Below are positions 1 through 16,489 of a stretch of DNA of 64,000 bases, piece by piece (within the stretch, counting starts at the first letter, position 1; every line of letters begins with the position of its first letter). The notes under the pieces were generated by a model. It worked only from the letters and a program-made list of their open reading frames with translations, searched no databases and was not told where the DNA came from. A program made the position numbers and the translations under genes. The stretch spans positions 107,632,001 to 107,696,000 of the forward strand of contig OX597816.1 of assembly GCA_951406725.2 (NCBI GenBank), in the 5' to 3' direction. This stretch comes from Octopus vulgaris. Its lineage: Eukaryota.

Positions 1-1270
1 TGCCTTTGGATGGTGCATCTTATTACAAGTCAGTAGCTTGCGGATTTTTCTGTCAATTTTCATTACTTCACTGGTATTCCAGTTAAGCACATTGAAGCTA
101 TAAAGAACAACTGGTACTGCTAAGGAATTTATGGCTAAAACCTTATTATATGCATTCAGCTCAGACTTCAGGACTGATTGAACTCTTCTGTAACATTCTT
201 TCCTAACCTTTTCTTTCATGCTTGCATGCTGGATACCAGAGCCTTCATTTATTCCTAGGTATTTATAGGTTTGTTCCTGCTCAAGTTCCTTTATTACTAT
301 TTCGACATCTAATTCGATTGAACTAGACTTTACCAATTTCCCTTTCGTAAAAGTGGCTTTGGCACACTTTTCAAGGCCAAACTCCATCCCGATATCATCA
401 CTGAATCCTTTCACAGTATGTAATAATCCTTCAAGCTCTTCGTCATCTTTGCCATATAGCTTTAAGTCATCCATATAAAATAGATGGCTTATTTTCTGTT
501 GTCAATTTTGTAGCCATATCCTGTTCTATTCAGTTCACTTGAGAGTGGTATTAGTGCTATGCAGAAAATTAGTGGTGAAAGTGAGTCACTTTGGAAAATT
601 CCACAGTTTATGCTAATGTTGTTTGAGTGTACTACTCCATTAGAATGATATAATTGGAGCTTCGTGTTCCATAGTGACAAATTATACTTTAAAAAATCTG
701 AAATCACAGGAGAAATTTTGAAAATGTCCAGCGATTTCAGAATCCACGAATGTGGTATACTGCCAAAGGCTTTTTTATAATCAATCCATGAAGAGCTGAG
801 ATTTCTGCGCTTGTTATGGCAGTTCTCAAGGATCCGTATGAGCCTCGTCTGCATCCTTTTTGTTCAGTGGGAAAGCGGTTATTCTCTTCCATAACGTATG
901 TTTTCTCTACTAGAATAGATATCAAAATCTTATAGGTAGTAGATAAACATGTTATAGGCCGGTAGTTTTTTGGGTTTTTCGTTTTGTTATTTTTGGGGAG
1001 GAGGTAAGTAATACCATTTGCCATCCAATGTGGTGTTTTTTCCGGGTCTTTCATAATACTATTAAATAGTATTACTAACATTTTGTGTGCGGACGAGAGT
1101 GATGAAAGCCAGAAATTTGGTACTCTATCAATACCAGGGGATTTCCACTTATGAGCTTTCCTTAGTGCCCTCCTTAGGTCGGCGATTCAGATGTCTTCCC
1201 ATACCTGTTTTTGTAGACTTTTGTAGACATCTTGGGTGCGTTTGATCCACTCTGCATTTTCATTGTATGG

Positions 1271-1272
<2 letters not shown>
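1..1272 (-). mobile_element. R4/Dong-like non-LTR retrotransposon, 5'-truncated and frameshifted RT region, running off the window start
   Basis: ORFs 737-1081 (NYRPITCLSTTYK, EQKGCRRGSYG) and 489-854 (WIDYKKAFGSIPHSW, GIFQSDSLSPLIFCIALIPLS) continue by frameshift into HLFYMDDLKLYGK and DIGMEFGLEKCAK. Confidence 0.9.
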
Positions 1273-1352
<80 letters not shown>

Positions 1353-2455
1353 GGATCAGGTTCGGCCTTATTCCTGGCAGGATTTATATGGGTGGCGGGT
1401 TACTACCTGTAACTTTAGGCATCTGCAAGTTTTCAGTAGTCTTCCAAGTGCTTAGAACCTTCCTCTTAATTCTTGCTATCTCTAAGAGATAACCTCCACC
1501 TCATTTCAGGCACAGTTTCCCTTGTTAAAACTTTTACAACCTGGTCGTACTCCCATTTCTTATATTCTTCGCCTGCCAACTTGGAGTATTCTTCCACATT
1601 ATATGCTACTGTCTCGTTCCAAGTTCTAACACATTCTTTCCATATATATTTTTCCTCAAGTTTTTTTTTATGTCGTTTGATCTTAGGCTGCTACAATTAG
1701 GTTCTCTGCTTCTTTTTTGAATTGCCTCTTTTTTAAGCAACCCCTGGATTTTGTTCTACATAACTCTTCGGTGGCTCTCCAAAATTGGCCATGCAGAAGT
1801 TTCTCTTCGAGCTCTTTGATGTGCTCTCTACATTTCATTCTTGTTCTTTTAACCTATTACGCGCTTCTTCACCTGTTCTTTATTAACTGTCTTCAGTAGC
1901 TATTCTGTGCTGCTCGGTAAATACTCTTCTAGACTTTTTCTTTCCATCTGAATACTTTCTTCTACTGCTGTCAAACCTCTTACAACCTGGTCTCTCCTCA
2001 AGTACACCGGCTGATATCAGCTTTCGGATGGGGACTCTGTACATCGTCAACGCCTTCCTAGTTTTCTGTCATGTTTCTTTATATCGGTTTTGGTCCAGTC
2101 TATAATTCCAAATCCATATCTGATTAAGGGTACTGCTCTTGAATTTATTGCTTCAATAGGATTTTTGGAATTCAGCTTTGACTGCAATAATCATCTTACT
2201 CATCTGTACTCCCTATTCGTAGGTTGTTTCATTTCTTCATTTTTTAATATCTCTTCTGCTTCCACTATTTTCAAGTATTTGTACCACTGTCCTTTCTCAA
2301 CCGCTCCTATTGTTTGCCCATTTGGCGTTTCATTTACCTGGCTTCTTCGTTTCAATTCCTTATTTCATTTTCAATACACCGTACTTTTCTATCCCAAATT
2401 CCATACCTATGTCATTTGAGAAAATGCGGATATGTAGGATACTTTCAAACTGTTT
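1273..2455 (-). mobile_element. Second, more decayed R4/Dong-like LINE fragment with its 3' end and (TAA)n tail
   Basis: Minus strand reads FSNDIGMEFGIEK (~2390-2430), HPKADI (~2015-2032) and a terminal ARIKRKVLS, followed by a short UTR and (TAA)n at 1273-1347. Confidence 0.75.
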
Positions 2456-2632
2456 CTTCTCCTTCTTCTTCTTCTTCTTCTTCTTCTTCTTCTTCTTCTT
2501 CTTCTTCTTCTTCTTCTTCTTCTTCTTCTTCTTCTTCTTCTTCTTCTTCTTCTTCTCCTCCTCCTCCTCCTCCTCTTCTCCTCCTCCTTCTTCTACTTCT
2601 TTTTATCATCATCATCATCATCATCATCATCA
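2453..2632. repeat. Compound microsatellite (TTC)n(TCC)n(CAT)n
   Basis: Directly visible; it explains the poly-F/S/E ORFs. Confidence 0.95.
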
Positions 2633-3059
2633 TTCAACATTTGGTAGTTTCAGGCAAAATCACTGCATCATCTGCTACATTGTGTGCAGCATTTTGTGTT
2701 ATGTTTCGTTGATGGTAGCGAACTGCAAACTCTTTCCGGTATTGTATTGTGTCACTTTGTCTTGTTACGGGGTCTAGTTGCAGTCTTTTGTTGTATTAGT
2801 GTTTGTATCGTGTTTTGCGTGTTGTGTGTGTAATGCAAGTTATGTTCTTCTGTTGGATACCTAGACTGTTGGTAGTTGTTTATTTTATTGGATATTTACT
2901 ATATAGAGTGGGTTTTGTGTTTGTGGATTGGTTTTTTTGGGGTGGGGTTGTATTATTGAATTGATAGTGTCGCCGGCGCAGATTGAGTAGATGGGATGTT
3001 TGTATCTGGAAGCTATAATCATTCCGTCTTCATTTCCAGGATCTTATACCCAACAATAT

Positions 3060-3330
3060 ATTAGCTGTCCGAAATGTAGTCTTAGGAGTGTTCTTTGTCA
3101 AGATTACAGTTTGGGATTTAAGGAGAAATTTGGCTGCTATTTGTAGCATATTGAACATCTTTGTTCACTTGCATTATAACAACTATTATATATATTTTTG
3201 TTTTTAGTGTGGGTGGCAGAAACAATAATATGCCGGATAAAATATTCTGCAATCTGTTTGGTTTCCGATTTCAAATTCCTCCGGAACTTACTTCGCTTTA
3301 ATCTCTCTGAGGGTCGACGAAGCAAGAAAC
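3060..3330 (-). mobile_element. Degenerate PLE GIY-YIG C-terminal fragment
   Basis: ORF 3137-3325 ends YNASEQRCSICYK, resembling the YN..K.C.LC motif of the PLE fragments at 16.5 and 17.3 kb. Confidence 0.4.
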
Positions 3331-3439
3331 AGTAGCATATCCTGGTTGATTCAATTCAAATGATACCAGACCCTCATCTTTACTAATTTGTAGTTTGTGT
3401 CAAAATTATCATTATTGTTATCATAATAATAATAATAAC

Positions 3440-3481
<42 letters not shown>

Positions 3482-4261
3482 TGTTATTATTATTATTGCT
3501 ATTAACATCATGGACGACATTATTTTTGGTTGGTTTTAACATAAAAGAGCTCACTTCATTGTACCGTATTTCTCAACCTTTTTTCCGTACGAACACCTAA
3601 CAAATAATAAAAGACGACGAAAACAAAAGTATATAAAAGAAATAAATTTGTTAAAAAACAACCTTCACACTATGATCACGATTTCAGCTACCGGTTCCAT
3701 CACCAAGGGGATCCTAACCATTAATTCCCTCTCTCACATTCTTGCTCACACACAAACTCGTAGAAGTGTGTTTGTGTGTGTGTGTCTGCGTGCGTGTAGG
3801 AAAATCAAAACTAGAACTCTGAACTTAGACTTTTGTATAATGTGACCGCTCAATATCAATGTCTGAAAGCTTCACTGATCTAACAAAAATGTGAAGAATT
3901 TTAATGCAATATTTTAAATACAGTAAAATAAAGAATTTGGTAAATTTTTGTATGCGTGTTTTAGTTTGTTTCAGATTTTGCTGTTTGAATTGGTTATTCT
4001 TGTTGTTGTTATTGGTTGTGGTGAGGGTAGTGGCAACGCTGAATGGTGAAATCGCAAGAAACAATTGCGTTGATGACTGCTATAGCGTTTCTCTGTGATA
4101 TTATTGATGTCGCTTTAATTTTAGTTGTGTTGGCGATAATAGGTGATTGCGATGCGGTGTGTTCGTGGTTGTGGCGGATTGGTATTTGTTACACTTTGAA
4201 TAAATGAGATTATTTTGTGAGGTGCATCATTGAGTAAGAATGAGCCAAACACCTAGCAAGT

Positions 4262-4560
4262 GGAGGCACATGGCTTAGTGGTTAGAGCAGCGAACTCGCA
4301 GTCGAGGGATCGCGGGTTCGAATCTCAGACCGGGTGATGTGTGTGTTTATGAGCGAAAACACCTAATCTTCACGCGGCTCCGGCAGAAGGTAATGGCGAA
4401 CTTCTGCTGACTCTTTCGCCACAACTTTCTCTCACTCTTTCCTCCTGCATCTTGCAGCACACCTGCGACATACCGGCGTCCCGTCCAGGTGGGGAACCTA
4501 TACGCCAAGGAAACCGGGAAGCCGGCCCTTATGAGCTAGGCATGGCTCGAGAAGGAACGA
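4262..4560 (+). mobile_element. tRNA-derived SINE with a Deu/Nin-like 3' domain
   Basis: A-box TGGCTTAGTGG and B-box GGTTCGAATC; body contains GGCGTCCCGTCCAG..GAAACCGGG, shared with the 42.1 kb copy. Confidence 0.8.
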
Positions 4561-5137
4561 AACTCCTAGCAAGCAGAAATCACAACACGGTTTCAGTCCC
4601 AAAGATAAAGCATTTTCTCCCTAATCGTTGCTTCTTATATAATTAATCTTTGAAACCATTCCTTCCTAAAATATGGAGTCCAGTCATCTCGCAACGAGCA
4701 TCACTGGCGCAGGCACGCATTCACGAGTGCACACTTGTGTACACGTTAGTCTGCATACGTGAATCTGTATCTCGAAGTCCATACAACTATTGTGTCTATT
4801 TTCCCACAACTTATACATTACTGTTCTGATGCTAAACATTTACATGGCTGCTTGGCTATCAACTAATTATATGTATAACTGATGAGGTTTTGATAATAAG
4901 TGGACTATTAATAATTCCGGTGTTAATTGTGTATTATTGGTTGTCGTATGGGTAGTGGCAACGATTGTGTTAATGGAAATAATAGTTTGTCATAGGTTAA
5001 GTAGTGTTAGTTGTGCCGGAAATTAAAAAAATAAAAGAAAGCAAGGCATAATTAGATGAATGTGGAAAGGCGAGTTTTGTGAGAAGAAAAGAAAGGAGGC
5101 GCTGAGACTACAGTGCTTGGCATTTTACACACAGTCG

Positions 5138-5225
<88 letters not shown>

Positions 5226-6554
5226 TACACGCACACATACTCGCACGAGTAAATTTTGTTTGCTTGCTTATTTGTATTGAATTTATTTCCTTCATATTTT
5301 GAAGAAAAAAATCATATTGTATGTCATACGACCATTAGAACTTTATATGCTGAGATAAAGGACTGGGTTGATTTTGACTGGATTTAAAGGTAGATCGTGA
5401 ATACACTTTTAATAATTCTATGCAGCATGCTAAAGTTCAATTTATGGGAGACAGATGGGACAGACGATTATATTAAACTCCCAGTAGTTGACTTTATTAT
5501 ATCGGTTCTGAAAGGTTGAAAGTCAATGTTAAATGTTAACTCCATCGTGTATTGAACTCAATTTAAAGGGATGTAATTAAACATTGCAAACCACTTTTTC
5601 TGACAATCTGTACAGATTCAGGATACCTTCAGAATGGCACGCCTAACGAAAAAATTGTCTTGAATTTTTTTTTGTAGTGTGGCCCGCCTAATAATATGCC
5701 GATCTCGTGCGGCCCACTTATCGGAAAAGATTGCTCATGCTTGGTCTGTGCTGTCTGATCGTGCTTCTTCTCTAAGGTGACAGGTTGTTGAATTACAAAT
5801 AAAAAATAAATACAATATACAATATAAATATATACAGAGAAAAAAAAACGTTAAAGGCGGTAAACAGCACAAAAGAGAGCAACAATAAAGAATAATCGCA
5901 AAAAAGAAATATAAACAATAGTTCTAAACAGTAAACAAACAATACGGCTACTTGATGTGTGTTTTATGAATTACCTTGTGAGTATTTGAAAATTTGTGTA
6001 TGTGTATATGTGTCTTTTATGTATGTGTATGTTTGAGTATTGTATGCGATTTTTTTAATTCCGCAAACATTCATTTGAAGGTGTTTGTGTGTTCTCCATT
6101 TTATAATATTTACATCTTTTCGAGAACAATTGTGTATGCGCGGAAGCGTAATTTTGTGAATAACTGTGTATTTGTTTATCTATACATAAATATGTTAGTA
6201 TGTATTTGAGAACAAGTCTGTATGCGCTTATATATACATTTATATGTAAATAATTTTTAAGCGCTTTTTGAAAAAAACTTAGAGTGTTTATGTGGTTATG
6301 AGGAATAAGATTTTGAGAATAACTCTGTGTCTGTATATGCGTATGAATGTAAAAATAGGTCTGGAAATAAATATGTGTTAATATGTGTGTGTGTGGCTAT
6401 GTCTTGAGAATAATTGTGTGTGCATGTCTGTGTAAGGAAAATGAGATAGATAGAGAGAGAGAGAGAGAGAGAAAGAGGGAAAGAAAGAGAGAGCGTGTGT
6501 ATGTATCTGTAAGTGCTTCCATTTGTGTATATTATTTTCCCATTCTATAATAGT

Positions 6555-6899
6555 TGAGGCTAAATGTAGTTGAACTGCATGACATCGTGAAGTATATTTT
6601 CCACTTAAATGTAGCTAACCCCTAAGGGTGGATGCTACTGAGGCTTGTAGCCCCTGGAGGACACCTCCTCCAGCTGACTATTAACACACTTTCTGTGCCC
6701 TTTCAGTATTTGCAAAGGGAAGCCATTATTCCCGTCTTCAAACTATGATACTGATAGGGCACAGAAAGTGTGTCAATAGCCAGCTGGAGGAGGTGTCCTC
6801 CTGGGGCTACAAGCTATAGTAGCATCCACCTTTAGGGGTTAGCCACATTTAAGTGGCAAATATACTTCACGATGTCGTGCAGCTACTGTTTATACCTCA
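6555..6899. repeat. Fold-back palindrome with ~135-155 bp arms and a ~38 nt spacer
   Basis: 6575-6709 is a diverged reverse complement of 6748-6882, e.g. GGAGGACACCTCCTCCAGCTG vs CAGCTGGAGGAGGTGTCCTCC. Confidence 0.92.
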
Positions 6900-9479
6900 C
6901 TCAGAGATTTATTATTGCTTACATATATATATAGGTCGACCACAGTACGCAGCTGGTACTTAATTTATCGACTTCGAAAGGATGAAAGGCAAAGTCGACC
7001 TCGACGGAAAATATCAAATATTAAAAATAGATTGAAATAGAAATATAACAATGAAATAAAGCAAACGGTAAAATGCAATAAACTTAACCAAAAGACAATA
7101 AAAAAACGTATGCAATAAATAAACAGCACGAGCATGTCCATCCATATAAATATGTACGTATGTGTGCATGTATGCACGCGTGCGTGCTTGTGTGTTTGTG
7201 TAATATACGAATGTATTGACATGTGTATATTAGTGTATGTGGTAGAAGAATACTCCTACATGAGAACTAAGCTGTGCTCCTGGTAGTTTCTAACCGTCTT
7301 ATTACTTCTATACTTGTCACTAGTTTAACCACTTCATACAGATCTATTTCCCCTGTTATACAATGTTTCATCCTAGAGAAGAACATACTGCATACGCCAA
7401 CATATAGCAAATAATTGCATGAAGTATTGTGTGACGGTCTGTGGGCAAGGTGGATTCAGTCAGGCGGCGCAGCTGAGGTTAATCCTTTCTTGTTGATGGT
7501 GTAGATCCCGACACAGTCTTTTCTAAACTTTATATAAGGCTATCTGTTTGTGGAAATGTGAGAAATTTGTATAAGTATAGGTTAAAAAGTTTGGGCGAGA
7601 AGATGACTCTTGTAGTACTACGTTCGAGAAACTAGGTTCTGAAAGTTTTGCTTTTGTACACTACATGGACTTATTGGTTTGAAAACTGTGCTAGCAAGTA
7701 TTTCGATTGTTTCTGAACGTGGTGTAGAAGCTTTTGTATGATTGGATAACTGAGAGTAGTCGAAAGCTTTGTGGGTAGGAGGTAAAATGTTACATGTTGG
7801 AAATATTTTGAAGCCCCTGTGTATTTTATGTATTAGGTTTTTGAGTAGTGTAGCGGTTTGAACCTGCGTTATGGTTTGGATCGGGAGATTTGTGGGTTAG
7901 TTATATCAAGTAATCATGTAGACGTAATCATGTAATCATGTAGAAGGTTTGTGTGTGCACGTGTAAGAAGATAATGTGTTTTTGTTCGGCTTCAGAATAA
8001 TAATTTCGCACAACATCAGGAATTTGAGAATTTGACATGGTACGATTAGTTACTGCTATAAGTGAGTGCAGTTATTACTCCAGGATGTATGTTTTTAGGG
8101 GTTTATTTCTGACTTTGACTAGTCCTGAAACTTCTAAGTGTTGGAATATTGTATTGTCTTTTGTATGCCTGAGGAAATTAGAGTTCAATTTCGTAGTCTA
8201 GATTGGAGGCTCGTATTTCTTGTTTTGTGTTCTTGCCCTATGTATGGTTTTAGTAGCTTATTTTTGAGAAATATCTGATATGAGAGATTGATATGGTAAC
8301 ATGGCATGTTACTTGTCCAATATTGCTATTGCTGTTGATGCTGATAACTGACCAATATAATCCGTTTTTAAAAAAACGACCATTACAACAAAACTTCCCT
8401 TTATCAAATATATAGTTCGTGTGCTTAATTGGTAAAAAAATGACCGTCGACCACTAGTATAACAATATCTGTTTCAACGCACGAATTCATATCAAGAATC
8501 TTGCCATAAAAATCCATAGCCTAGTGCTTTACGGATAGTTTTGTGGGTTACGTTAGATATAAGTGTTTGCGCAGTTTTCTGTCATACTACAGTCCATGCT
8601 AATTTTTTATTTCCTCGTTTAGTGTTGTATATTATGTTTTTTTCAGTCATGCGTAGTTTAAGGGAGATTCGGTTGCTATTTCTAGTAGAACAAGCAACCA
8701 CTTAGAAGCTCTTTTTTATTGGCTCAATTTACTTGTGACTATATTTATTGATGAGTAATTTATTGGAAATAAATCAGATGTCTAGGTTACTTGTTTTGTT
8801 GCAACAACTCTATTCATGATACATACGTATACACACATACACACACACATACACATGTATGTATGTATGTATGTATGTATGTATGTATGTATGTATGTAT
8901 GTATGTATGTATGTATGTATGTATGTATGTATGTATGTGTGTGTGTGTGTGAGTGTGGTGCGTACATGTGTATGTATCTGTGTTTGTACGTATTGTGTAC
9001 GTGTGTGTGAGGATATACGCATGCTTATACTTCCGTGTGTTATGACAACGCGTATGGTCATTGACTGTGCGTATTCAATTTATTCTGCTTACTTTGTTTT
9101 TCTGTTGGATCGTCTTTTTTGTGTGTTCTTGCATTTGCGTATTTATTTAAGTGGTAGTGGTGGGTCTCTATCGTTTGACGAGGCGGATTAAGCTGTTCTA
9201 TCAAGTGGATTACCTGCTCCTGGATCAACATGTGAGTAACTTAGTATTTAACAGACTCACCGCGCGTCCTTAATCTCATTATAAGGTGGAATCAAAGAGC
9301 ACAGTGTATGACAAAGTTCAAACTTTGAATGGCATATACAATCTACCCGACGGGCATTTTTATAATTTCTGTCTACACAATTTCAGTCTCAAAGTATAGG
9401 TGGACCCGAGTCGATAGAATGTGATATTTGCGAAGCGAACTTATCTAATTGTTCATTTGTCCATATTCCACCAGTTATC

Positions 9480-10120
9480 TTGAAATACTAAAGAGTAAAT
9501 TTATTCGAGAAAATCGCCATTGCCTTCAATAATGGCATCCAGACAACTTCAGAATCTCCCGCTACTCTTCTGGACGGTCTTCTTGATTACGTTATTGAAC
9601 GGTGCCAAGATCTTTGCCTTCAGTTCATCCTTGGTGTTGCAAGGAGTTTTGTTGGTCTCTCACTCAATTGTGTCTCACATATAATAATCAAGGGGGTTGC
9701 AGTCTGGTTAGGTGGCCAGATGTTATGGGTGTTGTGGTCACAAAAATTGTCTGATAGCAATGCCTGAGTTCCCCTGCTCGTGAGGCATTGTGCGAAGTCC
9801 TGCTACCAGAATAGGGTTTTCCTGCAGCTACGCTCTTCACTCAGGGCAGCAATAGCTCCACCAAGCATTTGATGTAGGCCGTCGTGTTGAGTCTGCGGCG
9901 TTGTGGAAAGATGAGTGGAGGCATAACGTCGACATCAGTAGTGATCACTTCAGACACCATGATGTTGACTGGATGTTTGATTTTTTTTATCATTCTCGGA
10001 AAATATTTTAGGGACACGGCAAACCAACGTTTGTTCTGTGTGTTCACCATCTGTTCGCATTGGAATTCCGTCGCAAATGCCAAGCAGGAGGACATGCTGT
10101 TTCCAAATTTCTAGGAGCGT
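9480..10120 (-). mobile_element. Tc1/mariner-superfamily (maT-like) transposase remnant
   Basis: ORF 9841-10095 (KHPVNIMV..ITTDVDVMPPLIFP..LNTTAYIKCL) continues to IWPPN..DCNPLDYY and CNTKDELKAKI. Confidence 0.75.
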
Positions 10121-10255
10121 GAATTTCGTCATGGTGTTTTTATCACAGACGGTTTCCAACTGACCCTAGTATACTGTGTATTAGACAATATAAAAATCAA
10201 ACAATGTGCATGAACGTAATTAAAAGTATAAGAGGATAATTTACCAATAGCAACC

Positions 10256-12486
<2,231 letters not shown>

Positions 12487-12693
12487 AGTGAGAGTCTCCT
12501 TATTTACCTAAAACTCTATTTTTCTATTTATTCTTTTATTCTTTTATTTATTCTTTTAGGTACTTTACCACCGATTCCTTTGACCACTCCCCTAAGAATG
12601 ATAGTTTGCGCCATGCCTACCCCAAAAAGTCCCCCACCACCACCCCTTTAAACCTGCCTAAATGTATAAATGCCAAAACTACTCTTGTCACCT

Positions 12694-12744
12694 AGCTTCC
12701 TGATGATTTCTTTTGAATGAAACAGTTCTAGTCCTGTAGAAGCT
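12694..12744 (+). ncRNA. Type I hammerhead ribozyme motif, probably in a PLE terminus
   Basis: AGCTTC-CTGATGA-tTTC tttt GAAt-GAAA-CAG ttctagtc CTG-TA-GAAGCT: 6 bp stem I, intact core, 3 bp stem III, GUA cleavage triplet. Confidence 0.8.
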
Positions 12745-12826
12745 CCTTCTATAAAATAAATTAATTTACTCTGCTATGTATTGAGTACCTTATTTACTGT
12801 GGTTAACCTCGACTCAACCCGGGACC

Positions 12827-12880
<54 letters not shown>

Positions 12881-14349
12881 CTGCGATATATATATATATA
12901 TATATATACATATATATATAGACAATGTGTGTGTATCTCTGTATGTATATATATATATATATATTATGTGTGTGTATATATATATGCATACACACACATA
13001 TGTCTGTGTGTGTAAGTATATACACACTGACATATATACGCACATCCTATACATATATATATAGTATGTGCGTACATATATTTGTGTGTGTATATATATA
13101 TATGTTTGAGTGTGTGAGTGTGTGTGTGTGCACGTGTTTGCATCTGTGTATGTTGAGTACGTCTGTGAGTATGGGAACGAAAAAGATGCTTTTCAAATGA
13201 TGCATTGGAAATTAGACAGATAAAAATACTAACCACCTGCTGTCGAGGGAGATCTTAAAGTATATATTCGAATTCGCGCTGTTACCAAGTACAACACATG
13301 ACTCGTAACATAAGAAAGCAATTATGGATAACTAATGACAGCCTTGTATTTACGAACCATTCTCCACTGGGCTTCTTATAATTTTTATTTCTCAAGTTCC
13401 TTGTACAACTATAACTTTAATCCAAATTATTTCTATTAAATACTTTCCTGAAATGTATGAAGAAATATTCCATGCGCAACCCTAAAAATATTTAGCTTTG
13501 ATGAATTTAACGTTTAACGAGAAGGATCGAATCAGATGATTTCAGACATTTTTTCCCAGTAATTGATTACAGAAAAGCAGGGGCGATTATAGAAGATTAG
13601 TAGCGATTTCAAAGGATTACGGGTGATTACAGACGATTAGGCACTTGATAAATGGGCGTTATGATAATCAGGGGGAACAATACTGAACGTCCTTCTTTGA
13701 CAACAGATTTCAGATCTTCTTCCAAAATATATGTAATTATGTTTTTGAAAACTAATGGGTTGAAATATTTGTGCATGAACTTTACGTCTAGTTTCCTATA
13801 CGGCTTATGCATTTTCCTATACGGCTTATGTATTTAGGTTGAATGTTATATCTGACGAAATAATTGTACACATGCATGAGGGTATTGTTTTGTTAATGCT
13901 AACAGTTTTGAAGGTACTAAGTCTCATCTAATTTTGCCATCGAGTGGCCACTTACATGCTGTGGTATATATATCATGTACTCTTATTTTATTGGTACAAT
14001 TTACAACACACACACATACACACACACGCACGCACACACACAGATGTAGATATTTTCTTTCGACGTGACCCTAATGCTATTTATCTCCTAAATTCCGATA
14101 TACTGTTTAGGAACTGTGCTTGCCTTTGTTTCATAGTATTGAACGGGTAAAAGATGACTCTCCAGCTGATCAATATGTACCTTTATGCTACATAATATTT
14201 CCAGATGATTTTATTGATTTTGGGGGAAAAAGAATTAAAACTTTGTCCACACAAGGCATGCATCTTGTGAATTCAGGAAATGCGTATTTAAGACGGATAA
14301 ACCTGCAATTAAATGTCATATCCACCAACGCATCTCCACCAACGCATCG

Positions 14350-14530
14350 GACGATGCGTTGTGTTCTTGAGCAAAACATTTCATTTCACGTTGCTTCAGT
14401 CCCCCTTTGATCAGTGGGGAATGTTGGTCTACAAAACTGGCCAGCGGGGTGGCGTCTTTCGAAGGCTAAAACATTGCAAAGCGTATTGTGACCAGCGATG
14501 TTTAACATCTGATAACCTGATCGGTTACGG
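14350..14530 (+). mobile_element. SINE fragment
   Basis: GCGTTGTGTTCTTGAGCAAAACATTTCATTTCACGTTGCT matches the body of the 42.1 kb SINE. Confidence 0.6.
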
Positions 14531-14579
<49 letters not shown>

Positions 14580-14720
14580 GAAAAGAATTGTAGTTTCCCA
14601 CTGTGTGATCTATACACTTAACTAATATGGAATAGAATTATTCATTAAAAAGTTTGTACTGCTACTCGGAATTTTTTCTTTTTCACTTCGCCAGTGATAT
14701 TGACCTACTCACAGACCCAG

Positions 14721-14824
<104 letters not shown>

Positions 14825-15807
14825 ATACATACATATGTGTGTGTTTGTGTGTACATATATATACATACAAGCATACACTCATACGTGCGCACGCGTACGT
14901 GCATATGTCACGAGGACTACAAAGCACATTTAATTCTAAGAATGATTTTTTTTTTTGATATTCAGTATTTCAGTGAATAGGAAAAATTTCCGGTAGTTTC
15001 AAAGGAAAATAATTAGCATAATTACCTGAATGACAGATACTGTAAGAAGAAGGATAAATTCAGTGTACCGTATATACTACAGGCACTCTAAGCAACATTA
15101 CTGTCTGAATGCTATGAGAACAAATAAGAAGCTGTTATTGTTGTTTATATCTCGGTCAGTTTTGATCAAGCAATCCTTTGATATTAAGCATTCTAACAAT
15201 GGCCATCTATTGCGTTTCTTTTACAGCGTATCTAGATATACAGTAGGCAGGGAATTGTCTTATTTCACTTCCAAGATAGTAGGGTGCGTTTGGAGGGAGA
15301 CATGGCTACTTTATCTAACAATTTGAACGATCATGAAGAGGTTCCCTCTTTTTCTAGGGAAAAGCTGGAGTTGATGCTGTTGGTTAGCCACTGATCAAGT
15401 AAACTATCATTAGTATTATTCTATCGTTCCAGTCATGGCCTCCCCGTTTTGTTTTCAGGCTATATATACTACGGACCTTATTAATTAACACATATTCTTT
15501 TAAGATGTCATCGCTACTTCTAGTAGGTGTACTTCTTGTGGGTTTATTTCTAATAGGTCGAGCGACCAGGTAAATGTTTCTACTGGTCGATCTTTTTATG
15601 TTTTTACTTTTTACCGCTGCTATGCTAGAGCACCAGCTCGACTTTTTAGTCGAACGAATCGACTCCACTACCTTTGGTTTCAAGCGTAGTACTTATTCAA
15701 TTGCCGAATCGCTAGTTTACGGGGTTGTAAACACGCCAACACCGGTTGTCAAGCTCGCCGGTGTGGGACAAACACAGAGACAAAGACTCATCCGACCACA
15801 TACATAT

Positions 15808-15923
<116 letters not shown>

Positions 15924-16489
15924 CACACACGCACACACACATACATAGAACAATGAAGAAATAAGTGATATAGATATCCACTTTATACAGCTCAACCAAT
16001 TAGCGCTCTGATAGAGCTTCAGGAATATAAAATTAAGGAGAAGAGAAAACAAATTCAAAGGCCGATGTATATAATCATTCAATACACATTAACGAAATTC
16101 TCCATGGTATACAAAGTACATACATAGATGCATTCATCTATATGATATATAAAACAATTGTAAGAATTTATAAATACATACATATACACGAAAATTTATA
16201 ACTATATAAAAATTCATAGACATAAAAATTTATAAAGACATAAAATTCATAAATATAAATACATAAAAATATAAGTCTATAAATGTACTTGCAAAGTTCG
16301 AATGTTCGAATTTTAATCAATGAAAGAGGATGATAAAGCGAATATAAAATGATTCATAAGGAATCTGGAACATATATAAAATATATGTATGAATTATTAC
16401 GGCCGTTTCGAAAAGATATAGGTTGCTATGGGCGAGCTAACTCCAACCAAAGCTATACTCTATATTTCTCTCATCTAAACTCGGAAACA

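Noticed and set aside
4262-4335. tRNA gene
   Set aside because: A and B boxes are present, but it continues into a SINE body with no clean acceptor stem or terminator.
7370-8650. Possible very old minus-strand PLE remnant
   Set aside because: Only vague motif hints were seen, and no consistent reading frame could be reconstructed.
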